A stretch of 64,000 bases of DNA from Thermodesulfovibrionales bacterium (GTDB taxonomy: Bacteria > Nitrospirota > Thermodesulfovibrionia > Thermodesulfovibrionales > UBA6898): assembly GCA_049799315.1 (NCBI GenBank), contig JBARHQ010000020.1:21085-85084 (forward strand), given 5' to 3'. Each line of letters begins with the position of its first letter. Within the stretch, counting starts at the first letter, position 1. The notes under the pieces are model-generated. The model saw only the letters and a list, made by a program, of their open reading frames with translations, did not search any database and was not told the origin of the DNA. Shown one piece after another: positions 1 through 8,322 of this stretch. A program made the position numbers and the translations under genes.

Positions 1-1982
1 TCGTGGAAACCGTCTTCCAGATCAATCACCCACCACTGAAACGGTACGTCTCCGTAAAGCTGTTTGGCCGACTTTTCATCGAACCCATATCTCGAGCTGA
101 AGGAGAACATCTCGGTCACTGCTTTTTCATGGCAGAAGCGGGTAAGGTCATGATATGTTTCACATGAGGACGGCCTGAAATACGGCGACGCGGGATTTAT
201 GAGGTTCAGCGGTGTCACGAGTTTGAGCACCTCTTCAAGCAGTCTGTATACCGGACTGCCTGCCATTAAATTGGTAGGAGGAGGAGCGTCTTCAAGCAGG
301 TCGTCCCTGCAGCCTTTATATACGCGGCGGCTTACTGCGTCAACAGTGATAATATCTCCGTTGCCGAGTTTTTTTGTGGCGTCTGCAATTCCGAAAATTG
401 CAGGGAGGCCGAATTCACGGGAAACAGTAGCCAGATGGGCTGTCACATGGCCGGTTTCACTCACAACGGCAACTGTCCGGGCCAGGAGGGTCGCCCATTC
501 GGGCAACGGGTGTTCAACGACAAGTACGGCATCCTTTGGAAACTGCAAAAGATCTATGTTCGAACGTACTATATGCACCGGACCACAAGCAACTCCGGCA
601 CTGGCAGTGACTCCCCCGGAAAGCAGGGAAGGCTGAGTTTCTTCCGGGTCTGTATGTTCTGTGCCGCTGCCGGGGGGCAAAGCTGTTTGGGCCAGCGGAC
701 GGCTCTGGAGGATAACAATCCTGCCGTTGCCCTCAATGGACCATTCAATATCCTGGGGAGAGCCGAAATGCTCTTCGAGTCTGACTGCGATAAGTGCCAG
801 TTCTTTTGCCTGACCGTCGGTAAGGGTAGTCGATTCTGGGATATCAGTGGAAGTTGAAGAAGCATTTATCCTGAGTTCTTTTGCAAGGACGGCATTTGGA
901 CTTTTTCGGGAAACCCTGAACAGGTCTGTTACGGCGCTGCCGTCGACCACCTGGCCTGCGAGTCCGGGTGCGGCATTGATAATGACCCAGTCACTGCGGG
1001 GGTCCCGCCGGGAGCGGGAGTACATGACCCCGCTTACCGCGCCCTCGACCATAGCCAGGCACCCGACGCACATTATCACGTCCTGATGTCTGAACCCGCG
1101 CTGCGTGCGGTACACAATGGCCTGGCTTTTATACTTGCTGGCGACGATCTCCTTGTAGGTCTGTCCAAGGAACTCATCGCTGACATTAAGCTGAGTGCGG
1201 TATTGCCCGGCAAATGAGACACTGCCGCTGTCTTCGCCCAGTGCGCTGGAACGCATCGAGACAGCTATCCGCCCCTTGTTCCGGGCGGCCAGCTCTTCAT
1301 AATGCTTTTTTATGAGTTCTTCAAGATCTTCAGGCAGAGGGGCATTGGCGATCATCTGCTGGATCGCGGCGCTTGTAGTGTACAGTTCCTCAAGGTTGTT
1401 ATGGTCCAGGAGTTTCAGCCTGCGGTTGATCTCATCGTGAAGGTTATTGGAATCCATAAAATATTTTGTGGCCGCGGCAGTGATCACAAAGCCGTCAGGG
1501 ACATCAAGGCCGACATGGTTACGGACCTCACCGAGGTTGGCCATTTTCCCTCCAACCTGCTCTGTTGAATGAATATCGACCTCAGACATCGAAAGAATGA
1601 ATTTCCCTTCGACAACTTTCGGCTGACGGGAAAGTATCTCTTCCATGCGGCCTGAAATAGAGTCAAAGGCCTGGGAGAGGCCGCTGTATTTGCCGTTAGA
1701 AAGCTCCTGGAGATGCTGGATCATTTTAAAAATGTTAACGGTCAGCGCAGTACAGTGGCCCCGGACAAAAGCCATACTGAAGGGCTGGCCGTTTTTCAAT
1801 GTCTGCTCCATCCCGGCCATGAGCTCAAGCGCATTATTATTGGCGGTCAGGAGCGATCTGAAGCTTTTGTAATGGTCCTGGAATGCGGTGCGTAAAGACT
1901 GTATGTCCGCGTCGGGCATTTGCGGATGCAGTCCCGGGATCCATCTGAATATTTCCCGGAGTTTTTGCGTGAAGCTATCCAT
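1..1982 (-). CDS. PEP-utilising enzyme (PEP synthase / pyruvate,phosphate dikinase-like); C-terminal part lies outside the window
   Basis: Absent from the ORF track because it has no stop in the window. Own translation of the minus strand from the ATG at 1982-1980 gives MDSFTQKLREIF... and stays open to position 1. It contains ATP-grasp/PPDK_N-type motifs (EQVGGKMANLGE, MRSSALGEDS..SFAGQY, QDIEWSIE). It also has a phosphohistidine swivel-domain-like segment (SETGHVTAHLATVSREFGLPAIFG). Confidence 0.8.
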   Translation of the reverse strand, partial: MDSFTQKLREIFRWIPGLHPQMPDADIQSLRTAFQDHYKSFRSLLTANNNALELMAGMEQTLKNGQPFSMAFVRGHCTALTVNIFKMIQHLQELSNGKYSGLSQAFDSISGRMEEILSRQPKVVEGKFILSMSEVDIHSTEQVGGKMANLGEVRNHVGLDVPDGFVITAAATKYFMDSNNLHDEINRRLKLLDHNNLEELYTTSAAIQQMIANAPLPEDLEELIKKHYEELAARNKGRIAVSMRSSALGEDSGSVSFAGQYRTQLNVSDEFLGQTYKEIVASKYKSQAIVYRTQRGFRHQDVIMCVGCLAMVEGAVSGVMYSRSRRDPRSDWVIINAAPGLAGQVVDGSAVTDLFRVSRKSPNAVLAKELRINASSTSTDIPESTTLTDGQAKELALIAVRLEEHFGSPQDIEWSIEGNGRIVILQSRPLAQTALPPGSGTEHTDPEETQPSLLSGGVTASAGVACGPVHIVRSNIDLLQFPKDAVLVVEHPLPEWATLLARTVAVVSETGHVTAHLATVSREFGLPAIFGIADATKKLGNGDIITVDAVSRRVYKGCRDDLLEDAPPPTNLMAGSPVYRLLEEVLKLVTPLNLINPASPYFRPSSCETYHDLTRFCHEKAVTEMFSFSSRYGFDEKSAKQLYGDVPFQWWVIDLEDGFH

Positions 1983-2107
1983 TTCTTTTATTGCAGAATA
2001 ACCTTCCGGAATGATTGCCGATAAATGTCATGGTAAATTTTAGAATGAATCACAGGGGTTAATCAATTACGGATTCCAACCGGTGTGAGAGCAATGGGGA
2101 GATCTAA

Positions 2108-2142
2108 ATGGCAAGGCCGGTCTTTTTTCCCGGCCTTGCCAT
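2108..2142. terminator. 13-bp-stem hairpin between the membrane-protein gene and the PEP-synthase-like gene
   Basis: atggcaaggccgg (2108-2120) pairs perfectly with ccggccttgccat (2130-2142); the loop is T-rich (tcttttttc). It lies 50 nt downstream of the stop of the 2193-2879 gene. The T-tract on the minus-strand side is weak. Confidence 0.4.
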
Positions 2143-2192
2143 TTTATTAAATCTCTGCTCATTACAAATTGCACATATGCGAAGTGTTTTGT

Positions 2193-2879
2193 TTAATGCT
2201 CAAGCCTCATGCCCCATCCTTCGAACATGAAGAGAATGGCAAACCCGTACCACATAGTATAGATAACATAGCCTGCAAGGGAAATAATTACCATCCAGAT
2301 TTTTTCCTTTATGTCCGTGGCAGGTATGCCGTAGTAGTTATACGCGGGCTCTATGGCCTTTGTCATCACCCTGTTGAACGTAGTGGATTCCTTGAACTTT
2401 TCCTGCTTGGCCATACTGGCTTCAGCCGCTTTCATCGCGTTCCACCAGTCATACAGGACCTGCTTCTCTTCATAGCCGTATTTGCTTTTGATGGCCGGGC
2501 CATCATTTTTAAACATGGCATCAGCGTCTGCAAGGACATTGGCAAAGATCATTCCGATATCACCGCCTACCTTGACATTCTTGTCTTCAACGGTCACTGT
2601 TGCCTGACTCGCCTGAAAGAGCTTTGACATCCTGCCTGCCTGGTCTGCATCTTTTGCCTTTACGACAAATTCGATCTGTTGTCCCCTGAAGGCATCCGCC
2701 TTTTTCTTTACGTCCGGGATGTAGTAGGAAGATTTTTTTGAGATCGTGTTATAGAGATTGTCCATGTAGTCCAGTAAATTCTTCCCCTTGAAGACAGGGG
2801 AAAGCATGACAGCAAAGACCACCCAGAATGCGATGAAAAGCGCAAACCCGAGTCCGAATTCCTTTTTATTTGCGATCAT
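2193..2879 (-). CDS. hypothetical membrane protein (N- and C-terminal TM segments, soluble middle part)
   Basis: 228-aa ORF. ATGA start/stop overlap with the upstream TauE gene. GGAGGTG Shine-Dalgarno 7 nt upstream of the ATG. Hydrophobic segments FGLGFALFIAFWVVFAVML and IWMVIISLAGYVIYTMWYGFAILFMF. No family recognised. Confidence 0.7.
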   Translation of the reverse strand: MIANKKEFGLGFALFIAFWVVFAVMLSPVFKGKNLLDYMDNLYNTISKKSSYYIPDVKKKADAFRGQQIEFVVKAKDADQAGRMSKLFQASQATVTVEDKNVKVGGDIGMIFANVLADADAMFKNDGPAIKSKYGYEEKQVLYDWWNAMKAAEASMAKQEKFKESTTFNRVMTKAIEPAYNYYGIPATDIKEKIWMVIISLAGYVIYTMWYGFAILFMFEGWGMRLEH

Positions 2880-4204
2880 GAATGCACCTCCTCACCCTTC
2901 AGATGTTTTATATAATGCACCTCCTCACCCTTCAGATGTTTTATATTTCTGAAGAACGTTCCGAATACCCAAATCGCGAAGATACTGATTACAACGAAGA
3001 AAACATAAATGCCCAGATTCTCGATCAACTTTCCTGTATCAGGAGATAAACTGATGTATCCCATCTTCCCGAGCTTGATAGGCAGAGCGGCAGCTCTGTT
3101 GACAAAGCCTGCCATAACCGCAACTGCATAAAAGCCGCGGATAGTTGAGCCGGAAACTACCTTGGTCACAAGTGAACCTACCTGGATGCCTATGAGTGAG
3201 CCCAGCAGCATGCCCATTGCAAGGGTATAGAAAATGAACCCATAGATCGCATACTGACCAAGACCGGCATACCCCGCGGTAAAAACGATCTGGAATATGT
3301 CAGTGCCGACTGTAGTTGCTGAAGAAACGCCAAGCATATACACGAAGATAGGGAAGGTAAGAAAGCCGCCGCCTACGCCCATAATTGCAGCTGCCAAGCC
3401 AACTAGGGCACCGCTCAGAACAAGAAAAATTGCCGATATCTTTCTGCCGCCCGGGACAACTCCCTGGTCAAAGTGGAGCATCGGAGCAAGATTAATGGAC
3501 TGAAGCTTCTGGGCCAGGCCTGTCATGGACTCATCGCTGGCCTTTGAAGTGCGGGTTTCCGAGGTGCTTTCCGGAACTGTCGGTTTTCTTGATTTAAAAA
3601 AGTCTGCAAGTGAGTAGAAGCTGAGAAACCCGAGCATCAGGACATATATGGTCGTGATAAACGCGTCGCTTAATACAGGGTTAAACTCATAAAGAGTCCT
3701 GTTGATGTAGCCTCCGAGGGTTGCACCGCCTATGGAACCTATCAGAAATGTTATTGCCAGAGATACAGAGATGTTACCCAGTTTCCTGTGTAATACGCTG
3801 CCCATGATTGCCTTTGCAAAAATATGAAACAGGTCAGTACCCACTGCAAGGATGCCTTTTACCCCTGCGCTCATCAGCGCCGGCGCTATTATGAATCCGC
3901 CTCCTGCGCCGATACAGCCGGTGATCAGCCCCGCGCATACGCCTACACCTATTGATGCCAGAAAGATAAGATTTGTGTAGTATGACGGACAATAAGTGTT
4001 CTTGCCGCCAAGGACTGATGGAAGCGCCCCTGCGATGTCATCGGCAAAGGCTATGCCTCCTAGTATTATGGGAAGCAGCAGCAGTCCAAAGACCGCAAGC
4101 CGCTTCGGTTCGCGCAGAATACGGTTTGATACGTCGAGTTCCCATTTTGCATGGGCCCGAGCACCCATAACCATGAAATGTCCAAATTCCTTAAAAAAGC
4201 TCAT
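2876..4204 (-). CDS. TauE/SafE (TSUP) family anion exporter, two-domain form
   Basis: ORF 2876-4246. The start at 4204 is preferred (MSFFKEFGHF...) because AAGGAGG lies 8 nt upstream. Two 4-TM halves each carry GxGGG-type motifs (GCIGAGGGFIIAP, IMGVGGGFLTFP), joined by a polar linker. The C-terminus carries a tandem 11-aa duplication. Confidence 0.8.
   Translation of the reverse strand: MSFFKEFGHFMVMGARAHAKWELDVSNRILREPKRLAVFGLLLLPIILGGIAFADDIAGALPSVLGGKNTYCPSYYTNLIFLASIGVGVCAGLITGCIGAGGGFIIAPALMSAGVKGILAVGTDLFHIFAKAIMGSVLHRKLGNISVSLAITFLIGSIGGATLGGYINRTLYEFNPVLSDAFITTIYVLMLGFLSFYSLADFFKSRKPTVPESTSETRTSKASDESMTGLAQKLQSINLAPMLHFDQGVVPGGRKISAIFLVLSGALVGLAAAIMGVGGGFLTFPIFVYMLGVSSATTVGTDIFQIVFTAGYAGLGQYAIYGFIFYTLAMGMLLGSLIGIQVGSLVTKVVSGSTIRGFYAVAVMAGFVNRAAALPIKLGKMGYISLSPDTGKLIENLGIYVFFVVISIFAIWVFGTFFRNIKHLKGEEVHYIKHLKGEEVHS
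2882..2947. repeat. 33-bp tandem duplication (32/33 identical) at the 3' end of the TauE gene
   Basis: atgcacctcctcacccttcagatgttttatata occurs at 2882-2914 and again at 2915-2947. It is in frame and gives ...IKHLKGEEVHY IKHLKGEEVHS*. Each unit carries the GGAGGTG used as SD by the downstream gene. Confidence 0.9.
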
Positions 4205-4253
4205 TACTCTGTTTCCTCCTTGATATATTTGATTTATGCTCTGCAACTAGTAA

Positions 4254-4433
4254 TTAACGCGGCGGTGCTGATGCCCGAAGTACTTTGCCAGACCTTTTTG
4301 ATGGCTTGAGACGATCGGTTTTATCCTCGCGATCATCATTTCTGATAATTTCTCTTGCTGTTTCATGTTCTCCCGCCTCCGCAAAGGTGATCGCCATCAT
4401 CATATTCTCGAATTTCCGGGCTAACCGTTTCAT
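4254..4433 (-). CDS. small protein (59 aa) with N-terminal FAEAG module
   Basis: Below the ORF-track cut-off, so translated by hand: MKRLARKFENMMMAITFAEAGEHETAREIIRNDDREDKTDRLKPSKRSGKVLRASAPPR*. AGGAGGA lies 6-7 nt upstream of the ATG. It is paralogous over about 25 aa to the N-termini of the two upstream ORFs. Confidence 0.5.
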   Translation of the reverse strand: MKRLARKFENMMMAITFAEAGEHETAREIIRNDDREDKTDRLKPSKRSGKVLRASAPPR

Positions 4434-4464
4434 TGTGTCCTCCTGATATATAGTTGATTTCTCT

Positions 4465-4938
4465 TTATGCCAAGGTGGGCATATCTGATTTTGTGACGAC
4501 TACCAGCGGACACTGGAGCCGTTTCCATGCGTCGGAAAGCGATTTTTCGCCTGTCTTGCACTCTATCTCGAGTTCTGGTGTTGAACCGACAACAACAAAC
4601 ATTATCTCCCTCCTTTTTTCTGTATATTCCAGGATCGCCTTTTTCATGCAGCCCTCTTTCTTGAAAAGCCTGCAGCCAATTTCTTCCTTTAGGGCAGTCT
4701 TCATGAATTCTTCGAGCTCGCTGAGGTGTGCCTCTACCCTGGTGAGGTAGAGAATATCGATGTTCGCCGTTATCCGTTTGCTCAGGTTCAGCGCATATTT
4801 CAGAACGTCGACTTCGAAGAACATGTCTGATATGGCGAGCAGGATCGAACTCCGCCCCTTCATGAACTCCCGTGCCCGGTCAAAATCTCCCGCTTCGGCA
4901 AAGGAGATGGCAGACATGATGTCATCAAACTTCCTCAT
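4465..4938 (-). CDS. USP-like (universal-stress-protein fold) protein with N-terminal FAEAG module
   Basis: Internal start of track ORF 4465-5139: MRKFDDIMSAISFAEAGDFDRAREFMKGR... The ATG overlaps (ATGA) the stop of the upstream 42-aa ORF. The remainder resembles a USP domain (ILLAISD...ILYLT...FVVVGS...CPLVVV). The 67 codons upstream in the track ORF overlap the 42-aa gene in another frame. Confidence 0.65.
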   Translation of the reverse strand: MRKFDDIMSAISFAEAGDFDRAREFMKGRSSILLAISDMFFEVDVLKYALNLSKRITANIDILYLTRVEAHLSELEEFMKTALKEEIGCRLFKKEGCMKKAILEYTEKRREIMFVVVGSTPELEIECKTGEKSLSDAWKRLQCPLVVVTKSDMPTLA

Positions 4939-5063
4939 CGCGGGGCTGCTCCCTGCGCAAAGGACCCGTGCCCGGCGAGCAGTTCGAGCGCCTTTGCATA
5001 TTCGCCGGCATCGGTAAAGGCGAGCGCACTTAAGATGTCTTCCAGAACGTTTAAAGTCTTCAT
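4935..5063 (-). CDS. small protein (42 aa) with FAEAG-like module
   Basis: Hand translation: MKTLNVLEDILSALAFTDAGEYAKALELLAGHGSFAQGAAPR*. GGAGGTG lies 8 nt upstream of the ATG (5063-5061). The stop overlaps the next start (ATGA). Confidence 0.45.
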   Translation of the reverse strand: MKTLNVLEDILSALAFTDAGEYAKALELLAGHGSFAQGAAPR

Positions 5064-5128
5064 CAAAGTCGCACCTCCTCAAAGTGATGGATTGAATGTC
5101 CGACCGCACTTTCCATGCCCTTCTATAT

Positions 5129-5143
5129 CCAAGGTTCATGCCA
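5129..5143 (-). promoter_or_regulatory. weak sigma54-type -24/-12 candidate upstream of the small-ORF/TauE operon
   Basis: The minus strand reads TGGCATgaaccTTGG with correct -24/-12 spacing. However, -12 is GG instead of GC. It lies about 65 nt upstream of the ATG at 5063 and next to a sigma54-dependent activator gene. Confidence 0.25.
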
Positions 5144-5303
5144 GGTGTGATTTGCCTTTAAACCCCTTGAAATAAAAGAATAACATTGAATTGACTGATG
5201 TTGCATCGAAAGTCAGAAGTGTTGCGTTATGCAATGCAGTTTCGGCAAATGGCGTCTATAAGTCCGAAGATTCAGCGTTTGAGAGAGTTGTTGCAGATGC
5301 TAC

Positions 5304-5330
5304 TGGTCTATTGCAAATTGCAATAGACCA
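5304..5330. promoter_or_regulatory. perfect 13-1-13 palindrome, probable regulator binding site
   Basis: TGGTCTATTGCAA-A-TTGCAATAGACCA abuts the kinase ORF start and lies about 170 nt upstream of the divergent operon's candidate promoter. The 1-nt centre rules out an RNA hairpin. Further (G)TTGCA motifs occur at about 5200, 5222, 5231 and 5291. Confidence 0.5.
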
Positions 5331-5345
5331 GTGGTAAAATCACCA

Positions 5346-6788
5346 ATGTTCAGATTTCAATCGAGTATCCAGAACAAGGTCAGGTACGGATACTATCTCT
5401 GTCTTGGGCTTATCATCATCGTCTCGCTCCTGAACTACTTCAACCTCCGTACCGTCAGGAAAAAAATAGACTTCAGTATCATCATCTCCCAATTTTTTGA
5501 TGCAACGCTCGAGATGCGCCGGTATGAAAAAAACTTTATCATCTATAAGGAAAAGAACGAATATCTTGAAAATATGCGGTTCACGGAGATGGCTGAGGGC
5601 ATTCTGATAAAGAACAAGGCAGAGATTGCCCAGCTCTCTCCCGGGACGGATGTTTCAGCCCTGGAAAAGACGATCCGGGTGTACAAGGCGCTCATGGAGC
5701 GGTACTATAACCTCGACCGTCTGAGAGAACCGCATAAGGCGGTTTATATGGAGGGCCAGATCCGTGACCAGGGCAAGAAACTGCTGGCGGTGACCGAGGG
5801 GATTGCCAATGCCGAACGGGACTATATTCGATCACTGATTTTTTCCTCAAAGCGGTTTCTTCTCTATTCCGTCGTCCTTCTGGTTATTGTGGGCTGGGGC
5901 ATCGGCCGTTATCTGTCCCGTATGGTAGTAAGACCGCTGAAGCAGGTTGAAGAGAGCATGCAGAAGATCATCGACGGCAACTTCGAGAAATTTTCCCTGT
6001 CCTCCTCCGACCGTGAGATCCAGTCGCTGAGCGACGCATACAGCCGCCTTCTCAAGGAGCTCGAATCGCGGCAGATGCGGGTCATACTCCAGTCCGAGAA
6101 GCTTGCGTGCATCGGCACGATGGTCTCGGGTGTGGCGCATCAGCTGAACAATCCTCTGGCAAATATATCGAGTTCCTGCCAGATACTGCAGGAGGAGATT
6201 GAAGAGAGCGACGTGGCATATAAACGGGAGCTGCTGCTGCAGGTGGAGAGGGAAGTCGACCGAGCAAAGGCGATGGTCCTTTCTCTGCTTGAGTTTTCGA
6301 GGAAAAAGGAGTTTAAGAGCAAACCGCTGCCCTTGAGGGAATTGGTGACCGAGACGATCAGACTGATCCAGGGCGATATCCCGACCAAGGTAGACCTGCA
6401 GGTTGATATCCCTGAGTATTGCTGGATCGTTGCTGATAAACAGCGCATAGAACAGGCGATTCTCAATATCATAAAGAACAGTATCGATGCCATGCCTGAC
6501 GAAGGCAGTATCATCATCTCTGCAGGTGAAGGCCAGGATTCCGGCACGATCGAACTGAGGATCCGCGATACCGGATTCGGCATCGAGCCCGATGTCATTA
6601 AGAGGATCTTCGAGCCGTTTTTTACCACCAAGGACGAGGGCAAAGGGTCAGGCCTTGGTCTTTTTGTTGCGCGGGAGATTGTCGAAGAACACGAGGGGAT
6701 CATTGAAGTTGAGAGCATACCAGGCACCGGTACGATCTTTACTATCCGGTTGCCGATGAAGGAGGCCTTGTGCGACGGAGGACAGTGA
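5346..6788 (+). CDS. sensor histidine kinase (2 TM, HAMP, HisKA, HATPase_c)
   Basis: Track ORF 5331-6788; start is GTG 5331 or ATG 5346. H-box VSGVAHQLNNPLANI, N-box ILNIIKNSIDAM, G-boxes IRDTGFGI and GSGLGL. Two hydrophobic segments flank a sensor domain of about 150 aa. Confidence 0.85.
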   Translation: MFRFQSSIQNKVRYGYYLCLGLIIIVSLLNYFNLRTVRKKIDFSIIISQFFDATLEMRRYEKNFIIYKEKNEYLENMRFTEMAEGILIKNKAEIAQLSPGTDVSALEKTIRVYKALMERYYNLDRLREPHKAVYMEGQIRDQGKKLLAVTEGIANAERDYIRSLIFSSKRFLLYSVVLLVIVGWGIGRYLSRMVVRPLKQVEESMQKIIDGNFEKFSLSSSDREIQSLSDAYSRLLKELESRQMRVILQSEKLACIGTMVSGVAHQLNNPLANISSSCQILQEEIEESDVAYKRELLLQVEREVDRAKAMVLSLLEFSRKKEFKSKPLPLRELVTETIRLIQGDIPTKVDLQVDIPEYCWIVADKQRIEQAILNIIKNSIDAMPDEGSIIISAGEGQDSGTIELRIRDTGFGIEPDVIKRIFEPFFTTKDEGKGSGLGLFVAREIVEEHEGIIEVESIPGTGTIFTIRLPMKEALCDGGQ

Positions 6789-6794
6789 CGGAGG

Positions 6795-8162
6795 ATGGCG
6801 ATGGAGGCTAAGCCGCGTCTGCTTATTGTCGACGATGAGCTGATAGCCCTGAGGAACCTTGAGCATGTGCTGGTGAAGGAGGGCTATGCAGTCCAGACGA
6901 CACAGAGCAGCTCTAACGCACTGAAGATACTCGAGGAAAGAGGTTTTGATCTGGTCCTGACAGACCTGAAGATGGAGAAGGTAGACGGGATGCAGATACT
7001 GAAGAAGAGCAAATCGCTTTATCCTGATACTGAAGTGGTCATGATCACCGGCTATGCGACAGTCGAATCGGCGATACATGCGATGAAAAAGGGTGCCTAC
7101 GATTACATAGCAAAGCCGTTCAAGCTTGATGAAGTGCGGAGGGTCGTCAAAGAGGCGGTTGAGAAGGTGCGTCTGAAGAAGGAGAATGTTCTGCTGAGGG
7201 AGCAGCTTGAGAGCTATCACGGCAGGGTGAAGATCATCACGCAGGACTCAGCCGTGCAACAGCTGCTTGATACGTCCCGCCAGATCGCACCGACTGACTG
7301 CAATGTTTTGATCAGCGGCGAAAGCGGCACCGGCAAGGAACTGTTTGCGCGGCACGTGCATTTCAACAGCAAGCGGTCTGATGCGATATTCCTGGCGGTC
7401 AACTGTGGGGCCTTTTCCGAGGAGTTGCTGGCGAATGAACTTTTCGGCCACGAAAAGGGTGCGTTTACTGGTGCCCTCTCCCTGAAAAAGGGCTTGATCG
7501 AGATGGCCTCAGGCGGGACGCTCTTCCTTGATGAGGTCACCGAGATGTCGCCGTCGATGCAGGTGAAACTCCTCAGGGTGTTGCAGGAAAAAGAGTTATT
7601 GCGGCTGGGGTCGACTGAACCGCTGAAGGTCGATGTCCGGGTTATTGCTGCGACGAACAGGAATATCCAGGATGCGATACGGTCGGGTAGTTTCAGGCAG
7701 GACCTTTTCTTCAGGCTGAATGTTGTTTCGATTAACATCCCGCCGCTTTCCGCGCGCAAGGACGATATCCCGCTCCTGAGCTATTATTTCCTCAGGAAGT
7801 TTGCCACGCTGATGAACAAAGACGTTCAGGAGATCTCAGCGGATGTTCTCGCGATACTCGGCAATTATGATTTTCCGGGCAATGTCAGGGAGCTTGAGAA
7901 CATTATGGAGCGCGGCGTTGCGCTTTCGAACAGCGGTGTGATCGAAGTGGCGCATCTCCCTGAAGACCTGCGGGAACTCAGCATCAGGACCTTCAGAAAG
8001 AAAGAAGGCAAGATCCCCTCGCTTGAAGACCAGGAGATGTCCTATATTACCTGGGTGTTGGGTGAGGCGGGCGGCAATAAAACGCTCGCGGCCCAGATCC
8101 TTGGCATCGACAGAGTATCTCTCTGGAGGAAATTGAAAAAATACGGCATTGAGGCAGATTAG
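6795..8162 (+). CDS. sigma54-dependent response regulator (NtrC family: REC + AAA+ + Fis-type HTH)
   Basis: LLIVDDE / DLVLTDLKMEKVDG receiver motifs, Walker A GESGTGKE, GAFTGA loop (EKGAFTGA), C-terminal HTH NKTLAAQILGIDRVSLWRKLKKYGI. Confidence 0.9.
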   Translation: MAMEAKPRLLIVDDELIALRNLEHVLVKEGYAVQTTQSSSNALKILEERGFDLVLTDLKMEKVDGMQILKKSKSLYPDTEVVMITGYATVESAIHAMKKGAYDYIAKPFKLDEVRRVVKEAVEKVRLKKENVLLREQLESYHGRVKIITQDSAVQQLLDTSRQIAPTDCNVLISGESGTGKELFARHVHFNSKRSDAIFLAVNCGAFSEELLANELFGHEKGAFTGALSLKKGLIEMASGGTLFLDEVTEMSPSMQVKLLRVLQEKELLRLGSTEPLKVDVRVIAATNRNIQDAIRSGSFRQDLFFRLNVVSINIPPLSARKDDIPLLSYYFLRKFATLMNKDVQEISADVLAILGNYDFPGNVRELENIMERGVALSNSGVIEVAHLPEDLRELSIRTFRKKEGKIPSLEDQEMSYITWVLGEAGGNKTLAAQILGIDRVSLWRKLKKYGIEAD

Positions 8163-8269
8163 GAAACAGGAAGCCGGGATCTACCTTTAAATTTATCCTG
8201 CACAGTGAGACAGCTCAGCAAGTTACTGCGCCCGGTAGGATTATCCTTACATCATTATTCGCACGATCA

Positions 8270-8278
8270 TGATATAAT
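8270..8278 (+). promoter_or_regulatory. extended -10 candidate (TGaTATAAT) ahead of the TCA/respiratory array
   Basis: tgatataat lies 45 nt upstream of the ATG at 8323. No good -35 was seen. Confidence 0.3.
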
Positions 8279-8322
8279 TTTTTTCAGTATTCGACACGGG
8301 ATGACCATAGAGGGAGGCGCGC

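Noticed and set aside
1990-2095. ccggaatga and ggattcc words upstream of the PEP-synthase-like gene as a fourth REP-element copy.
   Set aside because: The order and orientation of the words do not match the element architecture seen in copies A and B. The similarity is limited to 7-9 nt.
4939-5139. N-terminal 67 codons of track ORF 4465-5139 (MNLGYRRAWKV...).
   Set aside because: This part is Arg/Cys-rich shadow sequence overlapping, in another frame, a well-formed 42-aa ORF with its own SD. The ATG at 4938 overlaps that ORF's stop (ATGA) and starts the conserved FAEAG module.
5304-5322. TGGTCT..TTGCA inside the palindrome as a plus-strand sigma54 promoter for the kinase gene.
   Set aside because: The GG to GC spacing is 8 or 15 nt instead of the required 12, so it does not fit the -24/-12 geometry.
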